Assembly: GCA_964523645.1 (NCBI GenBank)
Contig: CAZGAW010000001.1
Location: 3,305 to 67,304, forward strand
Direction of reading: 5' to 3'
Length of the DNA stretch: 64,000 nt
Source: an uncultured bacterium
GTDB lineage: Bacteria > Poribacteria > WGA-4E > WGA-3G
Below the pieces are notes generated by a model. That model was not told the origin of the DNA. It searched no databases and saw nothing but the letters and a program-made list of their open reading frames with translations. Positions 52,898-62,787 of this stretch are shown here, in pieces. The translations under genes and the position numbers were made by a program. Every line of letters begins with the position of its first letter. The stretch's first letter is position 1.

Positions 52898-54022
52898 CTA
52901 TTCCGTTTCTTCGTCTTCATGTCTACCGAGCAACTTATCCCAGAATCCGCCGTGTTCGCTCTGATAGGATTCTCCACGCAGTTTCGCAAATTCTTCTAAC
53001 ACGTTTCGCTGTTCTGTATTGAGATTTTTCGGGGTTTCAATCTCCATCCTCACAACCAAATCTCCTGAATAGGAGCGTCTATAATGCGGGACCCCTTTGT
53101 TAGGGATACGCAGTTGGGCACCGTACTGTGTTCCCGGTGGAATAGGCAATTCTTCCTTTCCATCAATACTATCAACTATGATTTTGCCACCGAGTGCCGC
53201 CTGGACGAAAGAGATTTTCGCGGATGTAATCAAGTCGTTTTGGTCGCGTTGGAAACGTGTATGTGGTGCGACATTGATAACGACAAATAGGTCACCTGGA
53301 GGCGCGCCGTTTACGCCCGCTTCGCCTTCACCTCGTAATTGATACTTGAAACCTGTATCAACGCCTTTATCGATATTTAATTTAATATCGCGTGTGTTCC
53401 GAACGACACCTTTTCCACCACAGGCTCGACAGGGTTCTTGGATAATTTCGCCCTCGCCCCGACATCTCGGACAGGTCCGGGACATTGTGAAAAAACCTTG
53501 TGATTGACTGATTTGCCCTCTCCCGTAACATTGAGGACACGTTACGGAGCTCGTACCCTTTTTGGCACCACTGCCTTCACATGTAGGACATGACTCAACG
53601 CGTGGCACTTGGATTGTGACCTCTTTGCCGTGAATAACATCCTCCAATGTTACGTCAAGGTTATATTGTAGACTTCGTCCACGTTGCGGCGCGCGGCGCG
53701 CGCCACTGCCAAATCCTCCAAAGATGTCGCCAAAGACATCACTGAAAATGTCATCAAGATTCACACCAAAATCGCTGAAGTCGCCCCCCATGCCCTCCAA
53801 CCCTGCGTGCCCGAACCGATCATAGCGGTCCCGCTTCTCAGAGTCTCGCAGCACTTCATACGCCTCTGTGGCTTCCTTGAATTTATCTTCGGCGACTTCA
53901 TCGCCTGGGTTTTTATCCGGATGGAATTGTATGGCGAGTTTGCGATACGCCTTCTTTATTTCGTCTTCATCGGCATCACGATTGACATTGAGCGTCTCAT
54001 AATAATCGCGTTTTTCCGTCAT
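52898..54022 (-). CDS. dnaJ: Molecular chaperone DnaJ
   Basis: J-domain with HPDKN, a G/F region, four CxxCxGxG zinc-finger repeats, and the C-terminal domains. Confidence 0.95.
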   Translation of the reverse strand: MTEKRDYYETLNVNRDADEDEIKKAYRKLAIQFHPDKNPGDEVAEDKFKEATEAYEVLRDSEKRDRYDRFGHAGLEGMGGDFSDFGVNLDDIFSDVFGDIFGGFGSGARRAPQRGRSLQYNLDVTLEDVIHGKEVTIQVPRVESCPTCEGSGAKKGTSSVTCPQCYGRGQISQSQGFFTMSRTCPRCRGEGEIIQEPCRACGGKGVVRNTRDIKLNIDKGVDTGFKYQLRGEGEAGVNGAPPGDLFVVINVAPHTRFQRDQNDLITSAKISFVQAALGGKIIVDSIDGKEELPIPPGTQYGAQLRIPNKGVPHYRRSYSGDLVVRMEIETPKNLNTEQRNVLEEFAKLRGESYQSEHGGFWDKLLGRHEDEETE

Positions 54023-54040
54023 GTATTGCCCTTCCTGTGT

Positions 54041-54898
54041 CTATTCGGTAGTGTCAGTAGCGTTCGTATCCTCTGACTCGTCGTCTGACGCTTCTTCTTC
54101 AGCCTGTCCCTGTGAAACAACTACTTGAGAGGCACGTAGGACGCGGGTGTGCAACATATAGCCGCGCCGGAATTCCTCAATAACTTCCCCTTCCGCCACC
54201 TCATCTGACGCTGTGACAAGGAGGGCTTCGTGCCGATTTGGATCGAATGTTTCACCAGCTGCTTCAATCGGTGTAAGTCCATGGATTTTGAGTGCGTCTA
54301 ATAGCTGTTTATGGACAAGTTGCACGCCTTCGCTGAAGGTCGTAAAAGTTGGTGAAGGATCGTTCGCCTCGTCTTGTTCTGCGACGCTTTTGATAGCGGC
54401 TTCCAGGCTGTCCAAGACCGGGATCATTCCTTCTAAGATTCCTTCGTTGGCGAACTTGAGTTGGCGTTGATAATCAGCTTGCAAGCGTTTTTTGGTGTTT
54501 TCAGCTTCCGCTGCTGTACGTAGGAGGCGATCACGTTCCGCTTTGTATGCCTCATGTACCTGCTGCACGGCAGTTTCTACCTCTTTTTCGATTTCCGTGT
54601 GCAATAGGTCTTCACGTTCTGCTTCGTACTGCTCGCGCACCCTTTGTACGATCGCTTCTACCTCTTTTTTAACTTCTGATGTGAGATTAGCAGCCGTTTC
54701 TTCGACAGGCGCGATGCGTTCTTCTATCTCTTTTTTCACTTCCGACTTGACTGTATCCAGTGCTGTCTCTGCGATTTCTCGCATTCGTTCGACAAGTGTT
54801 TTTTCTTTATTGTCGTTGGAGTCGTTATCGTCAGATGTTTCTGTATCAGTCGTCTCTTCTATTTCCGCGTTTATGTGTATTTCTTTAACTTCAGACAT
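54041..54898 (-). CDS. grpE: Nucleotide exchange factor GrpE with an extended acidic N-terminus carrying an internal repeat
   Basis: The core AERDRLLRTAAEAENTKKRLQ...PNRHEAL..... is canonical. Upstream, EVEAIVQRVREQYEAEREDLL duplicates EVETAVQQVHEAYKAERDRLL. The start is taken at MSEVKEI. Confidence 0.9.
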   Translation of the reverse strand: MSEVKEIHINAEIEETTDTETSDDNDSNDNKEKTLVERMREIAETALDTVKSEVKKEIEERIAPVEETAANLTSEVKKEVEAIVQRVREQYEAEREDLLHTEIEKEVETAVQQVHEAYKAERDRLLRTAAEAENTKKRLQADYQRQLKFANEGILEGMIPVLDSLEAAIKSVAEQDEANDPSPTFTTFSEGVQLVHKQLLDALKIHGLTPIEAAGETFDPNRHEALLVTASDEVAEGEVIEEFRRGYMLHTRVLRASQVVVSQGQAEEEASDDESEDTNATDTTE

Positions 54899-54965
54899 GA
54901 TAGGGTAAGTCCTTTTATTTTTCTGTAGATGTGTGCTTGAAAGCACACGGTTTTCATGTTCTGTT

Positions 54966-55712
54966 TTAGCCGTGAATAGCGTTAGCGAATGCTTTCATTA
55001 ACTCAGGGGATCCATTTTCTTCAAGGATGTTGCCTGTGACGATGAAATCTGCACCGGCTTCCACCTTTTTAGCGGCAATATCTGGCGTGCGGATGCCACC
55101 ACCGACGATTAGCGGGATGTTGATTTGGTTTTTCACTGTTGCGATCATCTCATCTGGAACGGCGTGTACAGCACCACTTCCCGCCTCCAGATATACCATC
55201 TGCATACCCAGATACTGTGCCGCTAACGCGTGTGGTCCCGCAATGTCTGGTTTATCGCGCGGGATGGGCATTGTGCCACTCATAAATTCAACAGCGGTTG
55301 TGTTACCGCTCTCAATAAGCATGTAGCCAGTCGGAATAGGGGTAAGTCCATAACGTTGAATCCGCGGTGCTGCTTTGACCTGTTCGCCAATGAGATAGTT
55401 CGGGTTGCGTCCACTTATAAGACTAATATACAGAATCGCGTCAGCGTGGGGAGTGAGGTGCGTCGAATCGCCCGGAAATAGCACCAGCGGCAGCTGCGTT
55501 TCTTGCTTGAGTGCTTTCGCGATGAGGTGAAAATCGTTCGTTAAAAAACTGCCACCGAGCAATATCGCGTCTGCACCCGCCTGCTCAATTTCACGCGCAA
55601 GCTTGACGCATTTTTCAGGTTCACACTGCTCCGGATCAATTAGAACGAAATAACCAGCATGGTGTTTTTTCAATACCTCATAGAAGTAGTTAAGAACCCA
55701 ATTTGATCTCAA
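54966..55712 (-). CDS. Geranylgeranylglyceryl-phosphate synthase family (GGGPS/PcrB)
   Basis: FVLIDPE..., GADAILLGGS, LFPG, SLISGRNPNYLIG, YLEAGSGA and PLIVGGGIRT are the TIM-barrel GGGPS/PcrB signature blocks. Confidence 0.8.
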   Translation of the reverse strand: MRSNWVLNYFYEVLKKHHAGYFVLIDPEQCEPEKCVKLAREIEQAGADAILLGGSFLTNDFHLIAKALKQETQLPLVLFPGDSTHLTPHADAILYISLISGRNPNYLIGEQVKAAPRIQRYGLTPIPTGYMLIESGNTTAVEFMSGTMPIPRDKPDIAGPHALAAQYLGMQMVYLEAGSGAVHAVPDEMIATVKNQINIPLIVGGGIRTPDIAAKKVEAGADFIVTGNILEENGSPELMKAFANAIHG

Positions 55713-55830
55713 ATGCGATTTTCCTTCTGTGCCTCTGTTAAATCTCGGTTTGAATGCTATTCCATTTCTGATGCCGGCGGCTTATGAATCATCTCGATTT
55801 TAAGAATTTTATCACATTTATGACGGTTTG

Positions 55831-57051
55831 TCAAATTCTGTGTTGTCGTGTTAGTTCGTAAAGTAGAACGCCCGCCGCAACGCCTACATTCAGCGATGAT
55901 TGTCCAGACGCCATCGGAATGCGAACTAATTCTGTACACCGTTCGCGTGTTTCGATAGAGAGACCGGTATTCTCGTTGCCTACGACAATAGCGGTAGGGC
56001 ACGGTAATTCTATCGCATACAACTCGTTGTTGGCACCTGCTGTGGCACCCAATACACACCAACCTGAGGCTTGGAGTGCTTCAATTGCGATGCCGATATT
56101 TGGTGTGTGGAATAACGGTAAACGCCCGACTGCCCCTCGGGAGGCACGAATGCAGTTTTTATGAAAAGGGCTCGCGCCTGAACCACTCAATAAGACGGCG
56201 GATACGCCTGCCGCGTCTGCTGTTCGTAATGTCATGCCAAGGTTATCAGGATTTCCGATATTCTCTGCGATGAGCAATATACAATTTGGACTAAAATGGA
56301 AATTGAGACTTTTAGATGCCGAAAGGAAGTTGGGGTAACTGAGATGAACCGAAGCGATTATGGGTGGCACAGGTCGCGTCGTCGTGATTGCCCCCATCAC
56401 GCCATCGTTTACCTGATAGGAAGATAGATTTTCTGCCACTGCCCGCTTGAGAAGTGCTCTTCCTTCGGGTATCGTCGTAAATCCAGCCGTATAGAGAAGT
56501 GCCTCGATCGGAAGTCCGTCTTCCACTGCTCGTTCTACCATCAGTTGACCTTCGACGATAAATTGGGAGTGTTCTAATTTTCCTTTCAAAGAGGCTAATT
56601 TGCGAACATCTGAAACGATTGTATCCTTCCGTTTCGAGACAATTCGCTGTTCCGCTCTTGTGCTACTGCCGCGTTTGGTACCTCGATACAAAGCCCCCGC
56701 ATCGGTCTGAATTACGTTTCCTTCAAAAACATCGTGAATTCTATTTTCCATCCATTTTTCGGTAAGTTGAAACAGACCTGTGTATCTACGTGGAAATGCG
56801 TTCAGGAGTTCTCTCAAGCTCCGTTCCGTTGTTGTTGTGAGATGAATCCGGTAGTCAGCATCAAATGTGTCCGTTCCCTCCAACAACATAACGCCATCAA
56901 GCTGCTGCCAACCTGCCGTAAAAACCTCGTAAGTGGGGTGCCATTTACCTGTTTTACAGAAGGCATCATACGCCTGCTTAAAACGAGAGACGGCATCTGC
57001 ATCCGGGATATCTTTCTCCAAGAAAGTAATGATCTTATCGTAGTTTGTCAT
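55831..57051 (-). CDS. SpoU/TrmH-family RNA 2'-O-methyltransferase with an unassigned ~190-aa N-terminal domain
   Basis: C-terminal motifs NPDNLGMTLRTADAAGV, IVVGNENTGLS and IPMASGQSSLNVGVAAGVLLYE. The start MTNYDKI overlaps the UbiA-family stop by 4 nt (ATGA). Confidence 0.75.
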   Translation of the reverse strand: MTNYDKIITFLEKDIPDADAVSRFKQAYDAFCKTGKWHPTYEVFTAGWQQLDGVMLLEGTDTFDADYRIHLTTTTERSLRELLNAFPRRYTGLFQLTEKWMENRIHDVFEGNVIQTDAGALYRGTKRGSSTRAEQRIVSKRKDTIVSDVRKLASLKGKLEHSQFIVEGQLMVERAVEDGLPIEALLYTAGFTTIPEGRALLKRAVAENLSSYQVNDGVMGAITTTRPVPPIIASVHLSYPNFLSASKSLNFHFSPNCILLIAENIGNPDNLGMTLRTADAAGVSAVLLSGSGASPFHKNCIRASRGAVGRLPLFHTPNIGIAIEALQASGWCVLGATAGANNELYAIELPCPTAIVVGNENTGLSIETRERCTELVRIPMASGQSSLNVGVAAGVLLYELTRQHRI

Positions 57052-57896
57052 AGAAGTGTTCCGAGATAGATTGCGCCCAGACCAACGAATATATCCCACT
57101 TCATCCACTGTTGAATAGTTGCGCAACTTGCTCTGGAGGCATCTTGACCCAGGCGGATTGCCAAACCGATCAACACGAAATCAACACCGATTAGCACAAG
57201 AATTAAGTAGTGCCATGAATACCAACCGAATAAATAGGGGATGGGGCTAAACAGAATAACAAATGCCATGAAGCTGATGGCTGTCCACACAGCAATCCGT
57301 GGGTTGAGCGTCGCAAGCGTTTTTACGCCGTTTTTTAGATCGCCTTCTGTATCCTCAAGGTCTTTGACGATCTCCCGCGCTGTTGTGAATAGAAATGCAA
57401 AGATTGCTGGAACGAGTGTGCCTTGTACCGAATCTATCGCTACACCACCAGCAATGAAGGTCAAACCCGTTAATCCACTGACGACGACATTCCCGACAAA
57501 AGGGGTGCGCTTCAACCAGAAAGCATAACTCACAAGCGCAACGGACACGAGAATAGCGATGCCTGTCGCATTGCTATTGATAAGTGCCCCTAACCAGATA
57601 CCGATGACAATAAGGACTATCGCAAAAATTAGCGCATTGACACGCCGAATGCGTCCAGAAGGTATCGGTCGCTTCGGACGATTGATTCTGTCAATGTTGT
57701 AATCACAATAATCGTTTATGGCGTTTCCCGCGGAAAGTAAAACAAATGCGGAGGCAGAAACCAGAAGGAGTCGGAGGTCAATGATGTTTTCCATTTTCCC
57801 TTGACTGGCAAACATTCCGCCAAGCCATGCGGAAATGAAGGCGATAATTCCATTCAGTGGACGCGCCAACTCAAGACAAGCGATCAATGTCTTCAT
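57048..57896 (-). CDS. UbiA-family prenyltransferase, digeranylgeranylglyceryl-phosphate synthase (DGGGPS)-like
   Basis: NAINDYCDYNIDRINRPKRPIPSG (first Asp-rich motif) and AREIVKDLEDTEGD (second motif). About 8 TM helices; 282 aa. Confidence 0.7.
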   Translation of the reverse strand: MKTLIACLELARPLNGIIAFISAWLGGMFASQGKMENIIDLRLLLVSASAFVLLSAGNAINDYCDYNIDRINRPKRPIPSGRIRRVNALIFAIVLIVIGIWLGALINSNATGIAILVSVALVSYAFWLKRTPFVGNVVVSGLTGLTFIAGGVAIDSVQGTLVPAIFAFLFTTAREIVKDLEDTEGDLKNGVKTLATLNPRIAVWTAISFMAFVILFSPIPYLFGWYSWHYLILVLIGVDFVLIGLAIRLGQDASRASCATIQQWMKWDIFVGLGAIYLGTLL

Positions 57897-58480
57897 TTTT
57901 TTATCTTGGTCCGTTGAATGCTAATCTGTTAGCGTCGCGGATACTCAAGCGCGCTATAGTAGCAGTGCCCAGACAGTAATATGCCCTAAATCACGGAAGG
58001 GCAGCGCGAAAAGCGTGCCTGCGGAGGCGTTTAGAACTAAAAGTCCGATGCGAGCTCCCCAAACGATGATGTTCTGTTTCGGACGAAAGTTCATGAAGAT
58101 AGAAAATGGTAGGCAAATGATAGATGAGATACGTGACATTTCCATGAAAAACGAGAGACCCAGCACAATCGAGCGTGTAATCAGTATGCCAATTTGCCAT
58201 TTAAGTACTTCCAAATTGACATAACCTCGGGTAACGAGATAGAGTTTGCCATTGACTGCATCTGTTTTCTGATTGACGATATAGATGGTTCCTCAAAGGA
58301 GTATATAGAGGCAGAACGTCGTCCAAGGTTGTAAGGAATGGACAGATGTAGGTGCCTCTGACATCGTGATCCCGTAATAATAGCCCAGGTGACAAGTGTC
58401 CAGACCGAAAAAAAAGGAGCGTAGGTCGTAGCGCTGCTACATAGTCAAAGGATGGAGGTATCTCGTTTCCGGTAGTGGGC

Positions 58481-59533
58481 CTACGATTCATCCTCCATCT
58501 CTTGAATTTTCGCTTCCAGTTCCTCAACCCGTTTTTGAAGTTTTGTGAATTCAGGGAGCAACTCTGGCAATTTCCGAGTCGCGGCGTGAATTCGCAGTTC
58601 CTGTTTGTGAGGACGGGCAGGGAATCCAGACAGATGACTACCGGCAGGCATATCTTTTGTAACTGCGGACTTCGCGTAAACGACACTATCTTCACCGAGC
58701 GTTAAATGTCCTGCTGCGCCGCCATGTCCTGCGATATTGACTCGGTCCCCAAGCGTCGTACTCCCAGCAATACCGACTTGTGCGGCAAGACAACAATCTT
58801 CTCCGATGACGACATTGTGTGCGATTTGGACGAGATTATCTAATTTAGTGCCGCGTTTGATAAGCGTTTCAGAGAGCGTTGCCCTATCAATCGTTGTATT
58901 CGCGCCAATTTCAACATCATCTTCAATGACGACAGTGCCGATCTGTGGGATTTTATGGTGTCGGTTGCTAACGGGTGCAAATCCGAAACCATCGCTCCCA
59001 ATGACTGCACCACAGTGAATAATCACCCGATCCCCGATGGTTACCTCTTCTCGAATGCTGACGTGTGAATAAATAAGACCATCAGCACCGATCTTCGTCC
59101 CTTCACCGATGTAGACAAAGGGTTGAATAACGGTGTCATCTCCAATTTCGACGTTGTCGCCGATGTAGGCGAACGCTTGAATTGAGACCCTCTCACCGAG
59201 TTTGACGTTCTTGCCTAAAATTGCGGTTTCATGAACCCCCGGGAGGGCTTGACCGTTTTTATCCCATGCGAACATTTCCAAAACTTTGACGAAAGCCCAA
59301 TACGGATTTTCAACACGGATAGTAGGCTTTCCGTTACCGTTGACACCGTGGCCAATAATAATTGCGCCGGCTTGTGTTGTCGCTATCGCAGCGAGGTACT
59401 TGGGGTTCGCAACAAAGGTAATATGGGTTGGGAGTGCCTCTTTGATGCCGGACACTCCTGTAATTTCAATATCACCGTCCCCAGAAAGATCGCCATCCAA
59501 GCGTTCACAAATTTCCTTAAGTTTCATACGCAT
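58481..59533 (-). CDS. lpxD: UDP-3-O-acylglucosamine N-acyltransferase
   Basis: LpxD N-terminal domain, hexapeptide (LbH) repeats, and a C-terminal helix. It lies downstream of skp and bamA. Confidence 0.9.
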   Translation of the reverse strand: MRMKLKEICERLDGDLSGDGDIEITGVSGIKEALPTHITFVANPKYLAAIATTQAGAIIIGHGVNGNGKPTIRVENPYWAFVKVLEMFAWDKNGQALPGVHETAILGKNVKLGERVSIQAFAYIGDNVEIGDDTVIQPFVYIGEGTKIGADGLIYSHVSIREEVTIGDRVIIHCGAVIGSDGFGFAPVSNRHHKIPQIGTVVIEDDVEIGANTTIDRATLSETLIKRGTKLDNLVQIAHNVVIGEDCCLAAQVGIAGSTTLGDRVNIAGHGGAAGHLTLGEDSVVYAKSAVTKDMPAGSHLSGFPARPHKQELRIHAATRKLPELLPEFTKLQKRVEELEAKIQEMEDES

Positions 59534-59598
59534 TTAACCCTAATCCTTTCTCCGTAGATTTGAACCGATTCATGTTACGGAGTTTGGGCAGTATAGCG

Positions 59599-60156
59599 TT
59601 ATTCAGGGTTTTCGTTCTCACCCGCGTTCATCAGACCGATTAACTGCTGAGTCAAGTCATAGTCTTTTTTTACATAAAGTGTGATGAGTCGTTTTTCGAG
59701 GATGATGTCAAAATTTTCGGACTCCCCGACTTTGACAATCAAGTCTTGAAGGCTATTGTAGATCGGTTCCATCAACTCTTGCTCTTTTTCAAGGAGTGCT
59801 TGCTGTCCGATTTCGACTTCGCGCTGGTATTCCTGTTGTTTGAGACGGATTTCGTTATCCAAATCCGCAGTCTGTGCTTCTTCCACAAAGAGTTGCGTTT
59901 TTGCCTTCTTTTCTTGTAGGGTTCCGATTTCCTCTCCGAGCTGCTGTAGTTTCGTTTTCAAGCGTTCGCTTGCGGCTTGGAGGAGTTGCGTTGCATCTGT
60001 CGCTTTTTGGGAACCTTCTAAAACTTTTTGTGTGTTCACCACACCGATTTTGAAAGCCTCCTGCCCGATGCTTCCAGTGCTGAGACAAAAAACTGTGAGA
60101 CCGATAATGAATAACGTTAGACGTGCTTGATAAGCACCTAACTGAGGTAATTTCAT
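59599..60156 (-). CDS. skp: OmpH/Skp-family periplasmic chaperone
   Basis: A signal peptide, long coiled-coil arms (KIGVVNTQKVL...), and its position between bamA and lpxD. Confidence 0.75.
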   Translation of the reverse strand: MKLPQLGAYQARLTLFIIGLTVFCLSTGSIGQEAFKIGVVNTQKVLEGSQKATDATQLLQAASERLKTKLQQLGEEIGTLQEKKAKTQLFVEEAQTADLDNEIRLKQQEYQREVEIGQQALLEKEQELMEPIYNSLQDLIVKVGESENFDIILEKRLITLYVKKDYDLTQQLIGLMNAGENENPE

Positions 60157-60264
60157 GATTTGAATCCTTAATAGAAGTTATCAGTGGTCAGTTAAAAAGG
60201 GGAACGGTTAAACCGAAACACACTTTAAACTAATAACCGACACTTGAAAACTGAGGGCTATAAT

Positions 60265-62721
60265 TTAGAAGCCGGGGCCAACCGTGAAATGGAACTTGCC
60301 AGCGGGTTCACCGCTAACGCGATCCAAGCCATACCCCCAACCTAACCGAACTAACATACCGAGCATGGTAAACCGAGCCTCAAGACCGAGCCCTCGTTTC
60401 ATGTTGATTTGGCTGAAGACGTTTGTAACGCTTTCATCCCATACCTGCCCTATATCAAAAAACAGGGCTGTTGTGAGTTGCTGAGAAATAGGAACACGAT
60501 ACTCAAAGTTTGCAAAGAATACCTTATCACCCCCGTACGGGTTAATAAAACCTGTTTCATCTGGATCAGGATAGATTTCCCAATCTTCGTAACCGCGAAC
60601 GCTATCTACACCACCAAGGAAGAACCTTTCATAGAATAAGAAATAAGCATCACTGCTATCACTTCGCATGAGACCTGCGCGACCATGAACAGCGATAACA
60701 TGGTTCCACCAGCCGCTGTAGAACCAACTTGTGTCCGCATAATATTTCTGGAATTTGTTGTCCGCTCCCAAAATACCACCCGAGTATTCATAGGAGAGAG
60801 TATGGAATGAACCTGCTGTTGGATCAAACAGGGAGGTGCGATAATCTCGGGTGTCCCTTCCGATAGAGAAAAGAACACTGCGCGTAGAGCGATTGTATAG
60901 TTCCCGATCTGGGCTGTGGGATTCCACATGTTCGTTCCGAAAACGCACAGATAGGTCAATATCGTATGCGATAGGTCTTCCGAGCGTTAGAGATGCACCG
61001 CGTCGTGCCCAAACGTACCGGTCATATAGGTAGTTATTGCCTATCTGACGATTAAGGAGCGCGCCGACTGTCCCGTAGTAGCGTCGGAAACGACGGTTGT
61101 CGTAGAGTCGAGCATTCAGTCGAGTGGGTGTTCCCAAAATCCAAGGGGTTCCAAAACTGAGTTCAGCGGTATGGTGATCTCTTGTGCCTAATTCGCCTTT
61201 TAAATGCACCCGATACGCTTGTCCACGGAAATTGTTTTGCCCGACCTCTGCAACCCCAAAGATACCGCCTTCGCTGCCATATCCGCCTCCGAGACTCAGC
61301 ATTCCGGTTCGGGGGGTTTCTGCGATATTAACTCTTAACTCTTTTCGGTTTTCTTCGGCTGTGTCGCTGGGAACGAAATCGACGGCACGAATGAAAGAAC
61401 CCATCTGGAATAAACGTTGCCGAGCTTTGCGTAGAGATTTCACATCTAACAGTTCATCAGATTTGATGTCCAAAAAATCTAATTCACGTGTGACAACATG
61501 TTCCTTCGTTTTTTCCAACCCAGTGATGACGACCTTATCAATAATGATGACATCTCCTTCGTTGATTTTCAAGGTAATGTCAACGACGCCATCAACTTCA
61601 TTGAAGACTGGTGTCGGTACGACTTCAGAAAGTAGGTACCCCTTATCAAGATAAGCCTGCTGTAATTTCGCGATGGATTCATCGAAAGTAGCGCGGTTAA
61701 AAATCTCACCTTCCGCAGGATCAAGCATCCCGCGTATCTTTTTTTCAGAAAAGAGGATTTTCGCCCCGGCTTCCACTTCAAGCGTGTAGGTACCGACAAT
61801 AAATTCGGGACCTTCGTCAACAGTAATGTCAAGCATTAAACCTGTCTTGTCTTCTGTAAACCGTTTTTCATAGCCGACGATCTTCACCTGTGCAAAGCCG
61901 CGATCTTGGTAGTAATTTCGGAGGTTAAGCGATAAGTCTTCCTCCTCAAAAAGCATCTGATCGAAGGGTTTACCGGTACGGGTTTTAAGCTTTTTCCGTA
62001 GCGTATTGGGGGCGATTTCTGTATTTCCGATAAAGTTGATCTCTTCGATCCGTACTCTCGGTCCCTCGTTTATCTCAAACGTGACTTGGACGGTGTTCGC
62101 TTCTTCGTCTTTATCTCCAAGATGCGTTTGGATGCCGACAAGATAGTACCCTTTTTCGTGGTAAAGTTTCTCAAGGGCTTGCTCGCTTTCCCACCTTCGT
62201 CGATCGCTGTAAATTTCTGAAGGTCGGAGTGTAATCTCATCCTTCAGTTTGCCGGTACTCAAATTTTCGTTTCCAATAATGTTAATTCCCGATATTTTTG
62301 GACTCTCGGTTACCTTGTAAATGATTTCAAGTCCGCCGTCTTCAACGGGTTCTACATCTACTGTGAGTTCAGAGAAGAAACCTGTGTCTTTGTAGAGACT
62401 TTTCAAATCTTGCGTGAGGAGCTCTTCAGAGACTTCATGCCCGATTTGCGTCTGAATGAGAGTGCGCAGCATATCTTCAGAGGTCGTTTTCACGCCTTCA
62501 AAAGAGATTTTCTTAACGAGGAACATCGCGTCAGTAGAGAGTTTGGTAGTGTTTGCTGTGGTGTCAGTGTCAGTGTCAGTTTCCGTTTCGACCTGTTGTT
62601 CGGTGATGGTCGCTGCCTGAGGACCAAATACGGGTTCTTCAACTTCTTCTGCCAAAGTTGTGATCGTTGTAAGTCCGATGATGAAACTTATCAAAATCAG
62701 AACATTTTTTGGCGCGCTCAT
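60265..62721 (-). CDS. bamA: Outer-membrane protein assembly factor BamA
   Basis: 818 aa with a signal peptide, five POTRA-like repeats (I..I.F.GN...) and a C-terminal Omp85 barrel ending ...FHFTVGPGF. Confidence 0.9.
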   Translation of the reverse strand: MSAPKNVLILISFIIGLTTITTLAEEVEEPVFGPQAATITEQQVETETDTDTDTTANTTKLSTDAMFLVKKISFEGVKTTSEDMLRTLIQTQIGHEVSEELLTQDLKSLYKDTGFFSELTVDVEPVEDGGLEIIYKVTESPKISGINIIGNENLSTGKLKDEITLRPSEIYSDRRRWESEQALEKLYHEKGYYLVGIQTHLGDKDEEANTVQVTFEINEGPRVRIEEINFIGNTEIAPNTLRKKLKTRTGKPFDQMLFEEEDLSLNLRNYYQDRGFAQVKIVGYEKRFTEDKTGLMLDITVDEGPEFIVGTYTLEVEAGAKILFSEKKIRGMLDPAEGEIFNRATFDESIAKLQQAYLDKGYLLSEVVPTPVFNEVDGVVDITLKINEGDVIIIDKVVITGLEKTKEHVVTRELDFLDIKSDELLDVKSLRKARQRLFQMGSFIRAVDFVPSDTAEENRKELRVNIAETPRTGMLSLGGGYGSEGGIFGVAEVGQNNFRGQAYRVHLKGELGTRDHHTAELSFGTPWILGTPTRLNARLYDNRRFRRYYGTVGALLNRQIGNNYLYDRYVWARRGASLTLGRPIAYDIDLSVRFRNEHVESHSPDRELYNRSTRSVLFSIGRDTRDYRTSLFDPTAGSFHTLSYEYSGGILGADNKFQKYYADTSWFYSGWWNHVIAVHGRAGLMRSDSSDAYFLFYERFFLGGVDSVRGYEDWEIYPDPDETGFINPYGGDKVFFANFEYRVPISQQLTTALFFDIGQVWDESVTNVFSQINMKRGLGLEARFTMLGMLVRLGWGYGLDRVSGEPAGKFHFTVGPGF

Positions 62722-62787
62722 AATTAGATGTCCTCCTGTATATCGTAGGCTTTGCCACGCGTTTGTGTGTAAGGTATGTTATACTTG

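Noticed and set aside
58201-58695. 164-aa minus-strand ORF overlapping the lpxD 3' end
   Set aside because: It is out of frame within lpxD for ~215 nt, with an Arg/Pro/Cys-rich composition. Only its last part was considered, as a possible remnant in the 57897-58480 finding.
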